Of a stretch of DNA of 64,000 nt, positions 1 to 8,435 are shown in pieces. A model generated the notes under the pieces. The model was not told the origin of the DNA. It did not search any database and saw only the letters and a program-made list of their open reading frames with translations. Origin of the DNA: a virus. The position numbers and the translations under genes are program-made. The stretch's first letter is position 1; every line of letters starts with the position of its first letter. The stretch covers positions 1 to 64,000 of IMG/VR virus record IMGVR_UViG_3300032562_000014, one strand, 5' to 3'.

Positions 1-16
1 ATTCATAATTTTTATT

Positions 17-696
17 TTAACCCCATTGATCAGCCATCGCATGGGCTATACCAGGAAAGGTTTTACTGCGCTCGCGCGATCTGTCACCTAATTGCTTCCC
101 TTGTTTTGCCATCGCATACCATTTCGGCTGTCTTTTCATTTTACCAGTCTTAGAATCTATCCATTCAGCACTTTCTCCTTGATCCACATGCGTAACTACT
201 TTATTGAATAAATCAACCTTGTCGGCGTGAAATAATGGAGGCAAATTTTTTAACCATAAGCATGTTGTCTTTCTATGTTCATCTCCAAAATAATATGGCT
301 GAATAACTTGTGTAGGTTTAATTATTGAATTTATTGAACCCACAGGATTTTCAAGACATATCTTGTTTATATTCTGATTAAGTAGCTTGATAAAAAATTT
401 CTCGGCATTTCTCTTCTCTTCTCTTCTCTTCTCTTCTCTCCGACCAGAGCGCCAGACTTTATCGGTGGTTGATCTTTAAGCCAACGGTTTGCTGTTACTG
501 TAAGGTAAGTACATGGTGGGTGACCTATCATCAAATCCCAACCCATATCTATGACCTCAAATACATCACGGCAATAATGCCACTCAGGATGTCCGCCACT
601 ACATTCCTGTAAATCGCATGAAAATGCTTCGTGCCCTTTCTTCCGAAAAGCAATAGTGACCGCCTGGCTTTCTTCACATGCTACTAATACTCTCAT
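17..696 (-). pseudogene. Phage DNA cytosine methyltransferase, frameshifted in an (AAGAG)5 tract (ORFs 367..696 + 17..343)
   Basis: The N-part has VLVACEES...SCD and HPPC motifs. Another frame reads NAEKFFIKLL...ICLENPVG...QPYYFG...KTTCLWL...RSKTFPGIA. Deleting one 5-bp unit at 411..435 gives a single 224-aa ORF. Confidence 0.85.
411..440. repeat. Pentanucleotide simple sequence repeat (CTCTT)5 + CTCTC
   Basis: Directly visible at 411..440, inside the methyltransferase gene. Confidence 0.95.
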
Positions 697-750
697 CGTG
701 TGTTATTTTTTATCTTCTACTAAAGTCCTTACTACTCCTTCTATAGAAAC

Positions 751-2169
751 CTAAAATGGCAGGTCGTCTGCTTTTCTGTTTTCAAATCCGGCGTTTGGTT
801 TATCGTATCTTACCACTGGCGCAACATTCTGTGATTCAAAAGGGCTCGGCGCTTCTGAAAACTTCATTGTCGGACCATGGAACGCAAGTTTTATATCCAT
901 GGTAGCTCCATTTCTCCATTTACGGATTAGCAAATCCGCTTCATGTTCTGTAGAGTTTCCATCTTCATTTTCTTTTATTCCACTCACCCAGTCTCGGTGA
1001 AGGAACATTACTACGTCTGCATCCTGTTCAATACTACCGCTTTCTCGCAGGTGGTGGAGTTCTGGCTTTTTATTTCCTTTCTCCTCAGACTGCCGATTAA
1101 GCTGCGCGAGAATGATTACCGGTATTTTCATGTTCATGGCCAACAATTTTAGGCCCCGACATATTTTCGATACTTCCTGCTCCCGGTTGCGGTTGTTGAC
1201 ATTTTCCGGCTCAATAAGTTGCAGGTAGTCAATAATTAGCAGGTTAACACCATTTTTTATCCTCAAACGCTCTGCCTTGGCACGAATATCTGTAAGGCTC
1301 ACCTGAGCTGTATCAGAAAAGTATATTGGTAAGCCAGAAAGCATACCCATTGTATCGTAAACCCTATCTCGATCTGATTGCTCCTTATCCAGTAAATTAC
1401 GGTCTATACGGTAAAAGTCTATATTGCTTTCCGCTGCAACACTTCTCGCTAATATATCCTTATCCTCCATTTCAAGACTTATAATGCCTACAGTCTTCCC
1501 TTTAAAGGCAGCATGTGTGGCTATCCTACCCATAAAGGCCGACTTCCCCACAGAAGGACGAGCGCCGATAACAATTAAGTTAGTTTCTTTAAACCCGCCA
1601 TTCATATTATCAAGCGCACTTATTGATGTACTTACACCCATAATACCCTTTTCTTGCACTTCATCCATATGCTTACGAAGTTTCGTTGCAACTTTCGATA
1701 TATGAACCCAATCATCAGTAACCTTAACATCCATGATCTGCCGGAGTTGCTCTTCCATCTTCCCAGCCTCCTCAAAGGCATCACCGGTCAAATTACCTGA
1801 ATTTTTTAACTTAAACATGAGTCGATTTGCAGCCAACTCACGAAGGATCAGGCACCAGGTAACCAGATGAGCGGATGTAACCACACTGTTTTGAAGCATC
1901 ATCATCAGGTATTCAATTTTACTTTCCTCAATATGAGTAATGCCTTTGTCGAAAAAATGTCGCTGCACAACCAAGTAATCTATGCCGTAACCTTTTTCGT
2001 AAACCGCTTTGATCGCTTTGTAAACTTCCAGTGTCTTTGCCCCGTAAAAACACTCCTCTCTGAGTATGGAAATTACGAGCGAATACGAGGTCGGTTCCAT
2101 CAGGAAAACACCCAACACTTTTTCTTCTAATTCGATGTCGTAATCCACATTTGCTCTAAATATCGCCAT
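751..2169 (-). CDS. dnaB: Replicative DNA helicase DnaB
   Basis: GARPSVGKS Walker A, ISLEM, IIDYLQL, LAQLNR, LRESGSIEQDADVVMFLHR and K.RNG motifs. Confidence 0.95.
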   Translation of the reverse strand: MAIFRANVDYDIELEEKVLGVFLMEPTSYSLVISILREECFYGAKTLEVYKAIKAVYEKGYGIDYLVVQRHFFDKGITHIEESKIEYLMMMLQNSVVTSAHLVTWCLILRELAANRLMFKLKNSGNLTGDAFEEAGKMEEQLRQIMDVKVTDDWVHISKVATKLRKHMDEVQEKGIMGVSTSISALDNMNGGFKETNLIVIGARPSVGKSAFMGRIATHAAFKGKTVGIISLEMEDKDILARSVAAESNIDFYRIDRNLLDKEQSDRDRVYDTMGMLSGLPIYFSDTAQVSLTDIRAKAERLRIKNGVNLLIIDYLQLIEPENVNNRNREQEVSKICRGLKLLAMNMKIPVIILAQLNRQSEEKGNKKPELHHLRESGSIEQDADVVMFLHRDWVSGIKENEDGNSTEHEADLLIRKWRNGATMDIKLAFHGPTMKFSEAPSPFESQNVAPVVRYDKPNAGFENRKADDLPF

Positions 2170-2224
2170 GACGTTCTGTTTTTTTAGTTGATTTGCTTAA
2201 TTCCTGCGCCTATTCCTGCCATTT

Positions 2225-3340
2225 TTACCCCACCTGCGGTATCTTACCATTGCCAGCCTCTCTTTTTGCCAGTAATTCTTGTGCTGTTGGATACCCGGTT
2301 CCTGTTCCTTTTTTCTCTGGTTTTTTAGGATCATTCCCTTTGCTTTGGTAAAAATGCCTCCAACCTTTTGAAATTGAATTTTTAATAATTCCAATAGCTG
2401 CCGATTCTGAAAAATCTGAAAGTTTAACCAACTCCTCCAGTGACGCTTGCCGGGTAATCATCCCTTTGAATTTGAATTGATGTTGCTCAAATAAATATTT
2501 TTCCCAATTAATCCACACTGCATCAAATTCTGGAGTCCATTTCGGGATATATGTACTATTTTTTATAAAATTGGTAGTTTCTTGCTCGTTTGAGGTAGTT
2601 TCTTGCTCGTTTGAGGTAGTTTCTTGCTCGTTTGAGGTAGTTTCTTGCTCGTTTGAGGTAGTTTCTTGCTCGTTTGAGGTAGTTTCTTGCTCGTTTGAGG
2701 TAGTTTCTTGGGGAAGAAACCCGTTTTTATTTATATTATTAACACTATTTGTATTATTAGTATTACTCTTAGTATTACCCTTACTATTACTTAAACTATA
2801 TACTTTTTTATGTGTACTTTCTTGCTCGTTTGGCGTAGTTTCTTGCTCGTTTGGCGTAGTTTCTTGGGGAAGAAACCCCTGTTTCTTAGGAAGATTGCTT
2901 TTGCGAATGTGGATAACTTCGGAGTATAATTTTATATCATCTCTAATAATTGCCTTACTCCTATTAGAGTTTTTTTGAATAAAAAACCATCTTTCTTGTA
3001 TCCCGTGTGATGTTAAAACACCGCACTTATTAAATAATTCCATACTAAAGAAGCCTGATTGAAGTAAACAATCAACAATTTTCTTTAACACAATCATGGT
3101 TATGACACTTTCCATTTTAGCGGATTTTATCATAATTACTTTATCATTCCATTCAATAAAATAGCTTTCATTATAAATTTCTCTAAGCATTCTTATCGCG
3201 ATTGCCGGAACTGCAAATCGAAGCCACGGCTCTGTCCCCATAGGATCTATTAATTCCTGAGCAAGAATTATCTTATCGTCACCGTATATAGCAACATCAA
3301 CTTGGAAATAATCTAAATTCTCTTTTATTGGTCTGGCCAT
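2225..3340 (-). CDS. Replication initiator / replisome organiser (DUF4373-like N-terminus)
   Basis: MARPIKENLDYF start and LTS.GIQ.R motif; central QETTSNE repeats; directly upstream of dnaB, as in lambda O-P modules. Confidence 0.75.
   Translation of the reverse strand: MARPIKENLDYFQVDVAIYGDDKIILAQELIDPMGTEPWLRFAVPAIAIRMLREIYNESYFIEWNDKVIMIKSAKMESVITMIVLKKIVDCLLQSGFFSMELFNKCGVLTSHGIQERWFFIQKNSNRSKAIIRDDIKLYSEVIHIRKSNLPKKQGFLPQETTPNEQETTPNEQESTHKKVYSLSNSKGNTKSNTNNTNSVNNINKNGFLPQETTSNEQETTSNEQETTSNEQETTSNEQETTSNEQETTSNEQETTNFIKNSTYIPKWTPEFDAVWINWEKYLFEQHQFKFKGMITRQASLEELVKLSDFSESAAIGIIKNSISKGWRHFYQSKGNDPKKPEKKGTGTGYPTAQELLAKREAGNGKIPQVG
2573..2878. repeat. 21-bp tandem repeats (iteron-like), putative replication origin
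   Basis: GGTAGTTTCTTGCTCGTTTGA x6 (2573..2698), then an AT-rich spacer, then two variant copies (2818..2878). Both clusters end in GTTTCTT-GGGG-AAGAAAC. Confidence 0.85.
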
Positions 3341-3342
3341 TA

Positions 3343-3807
3343 TTATTTAATTTTAGTAAAACCATGATCAATTAATGTAAATCCTCGAGAGCCTTTAAAC
3401 CAAATTCCATCGTATCTATAATCATATGTATAAAGATTTATTTCAGGAAAAATATCGGGCAAATAACCTATGCCAGTAGATGCATCAATATAAGATCCAA
3501 TCAGGGCTATGCTTACATTAATGACGTAGTTAGGTCGATATATAGATAGCCAATGTCTAATTCCCGCCATATACCTGGCTGCTTGCCAAAAAGCCAAAGG
3601 GTCTATTTTATCCTTTTTAAGTTCATAAACCCTAATATCGTAATATTCATGAGATATTTTACTTACCGTGACAATATCAAAACGCCCATAATTACCTAAT
3701 GTTATTTGTTTTATACGATGTCCAGTAATAAACAAACCTCTTTTCATTAACTCAGACATTGGGGTAGTCATAATAAGATGCTCTAAATCCTTCTCCAGTA
3801 GTTCCAT
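3343..3807 (-). CDS. PD-(D/E)xK nuclease-family protein (NucS/DUF91-like)
   Basis: E.DLE...GRFDI...VYELKK...Q..RY motif arrangement. Confidence 0.65.
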   Translation of the reverse strand: MELLEKDLEHLIMTTPMSELMKRGLFITGHRIKQITLGNYGRFDIVTVSKISHEYYDIRVYELKKDKIDPLAFWQAARYMAGIRHWLSIYRPNYVINVSIALIGSYIDASTGIGYLPDIFPEINLYTYDYRYDGIWFKGSRGFTLIDHGFTKIK

Positions 3808-3954
3808 AAAAAATTAAAGCACCTTCCCTGCAGCCAGGCTTACCGAACAACCACCAGAGGTGAGAACTTCGCAAGCTGCAAGGGAAGATGCGTATTTAAA
3901 AAGTGAATAGTAAAATTCCATAAAAGATAGTTGTTAGTAAGCATTTCAAAAGTA
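3808..3954 (-). promoter_or_regulatory. Promoter box plus structured attenuator-like leader
   Basis: TACTTTTG at 3954..3947. A 16-bp stem (3819..3834 with 3875..3891) is followed by a U-rich tract just before the ATG at 3807. Confidence 0.55.
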
Positions 3955-4035
3955 ATAATCATTTTTGAATTGCCAATATTTTTGCTAAAATTTATTTATT
4001 AACACGTACTGGCACTTGTTTCAGCGCATTACAAC

Positions 4036-4554
4036 CTAAATTAACAACGCAATAGAAATAACGGCTGATTTTAACATAAATATATAAATTAATATAATTA
4101 ATTCGGTTAATTTTCCATTTCGTGGAATAGAAAGACCTAATTCTATCGCTTCTGCGCTGTTTTCTGTGACGTAATCGTGACAATTACGGCATATTGGCAG
4201 GAAAAATTCGGTCTGATTAAGTAATTTATTGGTTTTTCCCTTCTTGTGGTGTACTTCTGTAGCTTGTATTGTGCATCCCGGCAGGTTGGCTCCGCATTTT
4301 GGATGATCCAGCAGGTACTTTTTGCGCACAATGCTATAAATAGCCAGTTCTTTTCCTCTTTGTATGCTTACCTGGCTGATCTTTTTTTGTGGCTTCGGTG
4401 GATTTACTTTCTTTTTTATCGGTGTTGCTTTTTTGACCGGCGCGACTTTTGGTTTCGCCTGGGCCTTCTTTGCGCTGGCTGCACGAGCACACCAGTCACA
4501 ACCATCTTTATTGAATAGTTTACGATCAGGATGTTTAGGGCAGTAGCGGGGCAT
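4036..4554 (-). CDS. HNH-type zinc-binding endonuclease-like protein
   Basis: C-x5-C...EVHH...C..CH motif; likely start at MPRYCPK (4554). Confidence 0.6.
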   Translation of the reverse strand: MPRYCPKHPDRKLFNKDGCDWCARAASAKKAQAKPKVAPVKKATPIKKKVNPPKPQKKISQVSIQRGKELAIYSIVRKKYLLDHPKCGANLPGCTIQATEVHHKKGKTNKLLNQTEFFLPICRNCHDYVTENSAEAIELGLSIPRNGKLTELIILIYIFMLKSAVISIALLI

Positions 4555-4628
4555 TGTGTGCGTTTGAGGATGCAAAGTAAAAACTAATTCTCCAACAAAC
4601 AAAATATTTTTAAAAAATTTCTGAAATA

Positions 4629-4659
4629 TTTGTTTGGTAAATAAAAAGTGTTACCTTTG
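4629..4659 (+). promoter_or_regulatory. Bacteroidota primary-sigma promoter (TTTG-N19-TACCTTTG)
   Basis: Matches the -33 TTTG / -7 TANNTTTG consensus at the divergence point between the leftward replication genes and the rightward genes. Confidence 0.65.
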
Positions 4660-4677
4660 TGAAAAAATAAATAGCAA

Positions 4678-4878
4678 ATGGATCACGTAATTAATGTAAG
4701 TGCAGTAAGGGATAAAATGACCGACAGGCCAATAGGGCAGCGGCTTCACAACTTTTTCAATGGCGCGACAAAAATTCTTACCAGGGCGCAGATAGATGAA
4801 GTGGAGAAAGTTATCAAGGCGAGCCACGAAGAAGTGATGGGGCAAATAAGGGATGCAAAAAAAGTAGTAAAAAATTAA
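4678..4878 (+). CDS. Small hypothetical protein, possibly a Cro-like regulator
   Basis: First gene after the divergent promoter; 66 aa, helical and basic. Confidence 0.5.
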   Translation: MDHVINVSAVRDKMTDRPIGQRLHNFFNGATKILTRAQIDEVEKVIKASHEEVMGQIRDAKKVVKN

Positions 4879-4906
4879 TTCACCAACATAAAAACAATCA
4901 TCCCTC

Positions 4907-6343
4907 ATGGACAACAACACAACACCGGAGATACAAGAAATAGTATCCCGCCCCAATGATCTCAAGCTGGTAAAAGTAGAGATAGACTCCTACGCCGGTA
5001 TTGATGCAACAGACAAAGCACTGGTGATCGTCTTCCCGGAGAACGAAAAAATAACAGAGCTCAGTGGCGACCAAGGCGTAGGTAAGACTTCGCTGATGAA
5101 CGGCCTCAAAGCGCTGCTGGGAGAGCCGGAGCCAGAAAATTCAATCAACCAGACGACAAAGAACAAATCAATGTCACTGGAGTTTGAGAAGGATGGCGAA
5201 CTATACAAGACACGCCTTACGAAGAGTGCATTCACGCTTACCAACATCAAAGAGAAAGATGGTAAGAAGATGACCTCCACTATCAACAAGCCAAAAGAAA
5301 TGCTTAGTTCATTGATAGGCCCGGTGGGAGTAAGCCCTTCCTTTGTGAAAGAAAAAAAATCAGGCGAGTCGCAACTGGAGTGGATAAAGTCCCTCGCGAA
5401 AAGTAACCCTGAATTATCCGCGCAGGAAAATGCGATCAAAGCTGCACACGCGCTGGACTATGCAAAACGCACTGATGTCAACCGCGATGTGAAAAACCTG
5501 AAACAGTCTATCCTCAACACAGGTTACTACTCATTCAGTGATGATGGAGAAACAGTACACACTCCCGCCGTAAATGAAGCACTGGTGAAGATAGCAGACG
5601 CGCCGGAGAACGAAGAAGTAATACAGGAAGAGTTTAAGGCCGCGCAGTTACAGTTTGCTGAAAAGAACAAAGCAATCTCCCGCCGCGAGCAGTTGGACTT
5701 TGAAATGAAGACTGCAAGAAATGAAGTGGAGCGCCTGAATAATGAGATCGCCAGGTTACAAGCACAGGTGCTATCGCAGAATAAAAAAATAGCCGATACA
5801 GATGATGCGATCATGCTGGCCGATGCGTACATCAAAGAGCGCGAGAATGCACCGCAAAGAATGGAGTCCGCGCAGCAAGCCTTCCAAAACTTCAACTCAG
5901 TAACACTACTTCGCAAAGGAGTATTTGATGCTGCAGAACTGGTGAAAACCTACAAGACAAAAGAAGAAGAGCAGAAAGCCCTCAATGCAAAACTTGATCA
6001 GTACGAAGCAGAACTTCGCGAGCTGGCCCAGCAGTTTACACCGGACATTGAAGGACTGGAAATAGAACTGGGCAACTCCATTGATAACAAGCGCCAGATG
6101 GGTGTGTACTACAAAGGAACCAACATAGCCTTCCTTTCAGAAAGTGAACTGTGGGACCTTTGCTTACAGGTGTGGAAGGTGTCCGGCATATTAGTAGTGT
6201 TCATTGAAAACTCTACCTCTCTGGGCAGTGATGCCATGGAAAGGATAAACTGGTTTGCAAAGAATGGAGGGACAGTGTTTCTCTCTACAGTACAACGTGG
6301 GTATAAAGAATTGAAGGTCACTTTCCTAAAAGAAAAACAGTAG
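4907..6343 (+). CDS. SMC/SbcC-like coiled-coil P-loop ATPase
   Basis: N-terminal GDQGVGKTS Walker A, long coiled coil, degenerate LSESE/VVFIE C-terminal head. Confidence 0.7.
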   Translation: MDNNTTPEIQEIVSRPNDLKLVKVEIDSYAGIDATDKALVIVFPENEKITELSGDQGVGKTSLMNGLKALLGEPEPENSINQTTKNKSMSLEFEKDGELYKTRLTKSAFTLTNIKEKDGKKMTSTINKPKEMLSSLIGPVGVSPSFVKEKKSGESQLEWIKSLAKSNPELSAQENAIKAAHALDYAKRTDVNRDVKNLKQSILNTGYYSFSDDGETVHTPAVNEALVKIADAPENEEVIQEEFKAAQLQFAEKNKAISRREQLDFEMKTARNEVERLNNEIARLQAQVLSQNKKIADTDDAIMLADAYIKERENAPQRMESAQQAFQNFNSVTLLRKGVFDAAELVKTYKTKEEEQKALNAKLDQYEAELRELAQQFTPDIEGLEIELGNSIDNKRQMGVYYKGTNIAFLSESELWDLCLQVWKVSGILVVFIENSTSLGSDAMERINWFAKNGGTVFLSTVQRGYKELKVTFLKEKQ

Positions 6344-6344
6344 T

Positions 6345-6929
6345 ATGAGTGCGTTATCTATAGTGGGCAGCAGTAGGTTAAATGGAGATAGGCAGAAGGA
6401 AGATTTTTATCCTACGCCTGGCTATGTCGTAGACGAATTGCTAAAGCGCGAAACTTTTACTGGACTTACACGCGAACCAGCTTGTGGAGATGGTGCCATA
6501 TCAAAAGTATTGCTTAGTCATGGCATGGAGGTAATTTCTACAGATATTGTAGATAGGGGATTTTCAGGTACTGGCATTATTGATTTCCTTTCTGAAAATA
6601 CTTTGTTTGAAAAAGCTAATGGTATGGTTTGCAATAACATTATTACAAACCCTCCATATTCTCTTGCTTTAGAATTTGTGCTGAAATCAAAAAAGGTAGC
6701 GCAAAAAAAGATAGCCATGTTTCTGAAAACGGTTTTTCTTGAAAGCGAAGGTCGCCGGGAAATGTTTGCAGATACTAAGTTCCCATTGAAAACTATATAC
6801 CAATTCAGCAAACGCGTTTCTTTATACAAAGATGGAGTGAAAATGAAAAACAGCGGCATGATTGCTTACGCATGGTTTGTGTGGGACAAAGAACACAAAG
6901 GCGAACCAACAATTAAATGGATACCATAA
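6345..6929 (+). CDS. DNA amino-methyltransferase (N6-adenine type)
   Basis: DFYPTP, EPACGDG and IITNPPY motifs. Confidence 0.85.
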   Translation: MSALSIVGSSRLNGDRQKEDFYPTPGYVVDELLKRETFTGLTREPACGDGAISKVLLSHGMEVISTDIVDRGFSGTGIIDFLSENTLFEKANGMVCNNIITNPPYSLALEFVLKSKKVAQKKIAMFLKTVFLESEGRREMFADTKFPLKTIYQFSKRVSLYKDGVKMKNSGMIAYAWFVWDKEHKGEPTIKWIP

Positions 6930-6939
6930 AACAACAACT

Positions 6940-7227
6940 ATGCACACACTCTGCGCAATACTCTTCTGGTTACTCGGCTCCTTTGTGGCCGTTCGGTTTA
7001 TCTCCGTTGTCTATTTCATTGCCTTGTTTAAGGTAGTGGATGTAACATGGGCTGGGATACTGCATACGGTAATGCACGATTTGAAAATGCCCTTTGCGAA
7101 AAAAGAGGCCCGCGCGATTGTGTTGCTGTCACTGGGGCTATCCTGGCTGGGATTTCTGTTGGCTGTTATTGTATTGATCATCTTCAAAATGCTATCATGG
7201 CTAAACAGAAAAGGGCAACCGACATAG
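6940..7227 (+). CDS. Hypothetical membrane protein
   Basis: Two hydrophobic segments; ATG follows the A-rich leader ACAACAACT. Confidence 0.55.
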   Translation: MHTLCAILFWLLGSFVAVRFISVVYFIALFKVVDVTWAGILHTVMHDLKMPFAKKEARAIVLLSLGLSWLGFLLAVIVLIIFKMLSWLNRKGQPT

Positions 7228-7472
7228 ACACACGTACACTGCGCTACTCCCCGCCGGATAAGACTTTGAAAGAAGGTGGCGCAGTGTACAATGTAACCAA
7301 AGACTTCCAACTACCACTATCAGGTAAGTATGGAGCGATGACAACAGGCTTCTCCTTCCGCGAGAGAAATGATGGGCTGTTTCATCTGTACAAAGGAGAT
7401 GAGCAATCGTTTCTTGCAATAGGTATATCAATGATAGAAAAACACAAAAATTCATTAACACTCAACAAATGA
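7197..7472 (+). CDS. Hypothetical protein
   Basis: Likely start MAKQKR; packs between its neighbours. Confidence 0.5.
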   Translation: MAKQKRATDIDTRTLRYSPPDKTLKEGGAVYNVTKDFQLPLSGKYGAMTTGFSFRERNDGLFHLYKGDEQSFLAIGISMIEKHKNSLTLNK

Positions 7473-7479
7473 CAACAAC

Positions 7480-8007
7480 ATGGCTATAAAAATGACAAAG
7501 GGCGACACACTATCGCTCACAGTAACAAACATAGAATACAATCACCATTCCTACAACGGGAAGTCCGGTACGAAGTATGTACACCTTATTCACCTGAAAG
7601 ATAAAAACGGTAATGAGGATGCAAAAGAATACATCACAGAAACCCCGGAGATGCCACAGGATGTATTTTATGTCGGTATCCCTCAACTGATCAGGTGCAA
7701 GTACAACAACGCCAAAAGCGATGAAATAATCCCATGGGACGAAGAGGTGCAGAAGATGCAAACAGCGCGCGACATTGCCGCCGGCAAGCCACAAGCGCCG
7801 GGCATTAACCAGGATAGGCCGCACACTTCCGGGGTAAAAATATCGGGAGAGTCTATTACCTTCTGCTTTGCCTATGCAAAGGATCTGAAAGTAGCAGAAA
7901 TATCCCGGCAACCGGAAGGCTATCGCATAACAGATGAAGACATAGAGTGGATCATAAAGACAGCAAATAAGCTGGATGGTGCAATCATCGAAAAAATAAC
8001 CTTCTAA
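7480..8007 (+). CDS. Hypothetical protein (possible OB-fold/SSB-like N-terminus)
   Basis: Beta-rich N-half in a recombination/replication neighbourhood; the function is a guess. Confidence 0.55.
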   Translation: MAIKMTKGDTLSLTVTNIEYNHHSYNGKSGTKYVHLIHLKDKNGNEDAKEYITETPEMPQDVFYVGIPQLIRCKYNNAKSDEIIPWDEEVQKMQTARDIAAGKPQAPGINQDRPHTSGVKISGESITFCFAYAKDLKVAEISRQPEGYRITDEDIEWIIKTANKLDGAIIEKITF

Positions 8008-8017
8008 AAATATATAA

Positions 8018-8347
8018 ATGATTGGTGGAATTTTATTATTACTAACGCTTTTTGGAATTTTATTGTTAATAATATGGTTTCCGGATTCTGGTATAGCCAG
8101 AACAGGGTATAATCTATTTAAAGAAAAAGAAATTCCCGACATCGTCTACGATATAGACAATGAGAGTAAGGTAGTTAGAACGCAGGAAGGGTTTAGTGAT
8201 TTATTTCCGAAATGTACATTGTATAGAAAGATAAATGGCAAATGGTACAAACGCGCATGGACTTACGATTATTTACACCACAGCAAGGAATCTATTATTT
8301 TATATCTCCTATGGGATGAAAAAAATATATTCATTCCGAAAACATAA
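8018..8347 (+). CDS. Hypothetical protein with N-terminal membrane anchor
   Basis: Hydrophobic first 20 aa; AT-rich ORF. Confidence 0.55.
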   Translation: MIGGILLLLTLFGILLLIIWFPDSGIARTGYNLFKEKEIPDIVYDIDNESKVVRTQEGFSDLFPKCTLYRKINGKWYKRAWTYDYLHHSKESIILYLLWDEKNIFIPKT

Positions 8348-8349
8348 GC

Positions 8350-8425
8350 AAAGCCCAATAGCAGCAAGCATTTGAACGGTGCCATCGCCACTAAAGTTTA
8401 ATAGCAGCAAAAATTTTGGACAACA
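8350..8425 (+). repeat. Dispersed ~80-bp repeat, copy 1
   Basis: AAAGCCCAAT...TGAACGGTGCCATCG...AATAG.AGCAA...TGGACAACAA, shared with 59745..59822 and 52163..52239. Confidence 0.8.
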
Positions 8426-8435
8426 AAAATAACAC

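Noticed and set aside
2573-2878. 21-bp repeats as a CRISPR array
   Set aside because: The repeats are head-to-tail with no unique spacers, lie in frame inside a gene, and no cas genes are present.
2571-2978. Plus-strand ORF with VVSCSFE repeats
   Set aside because: It is an antisense shadow of the initiator repeats; the minus-strand gene has the recognisable motifs and operon context.
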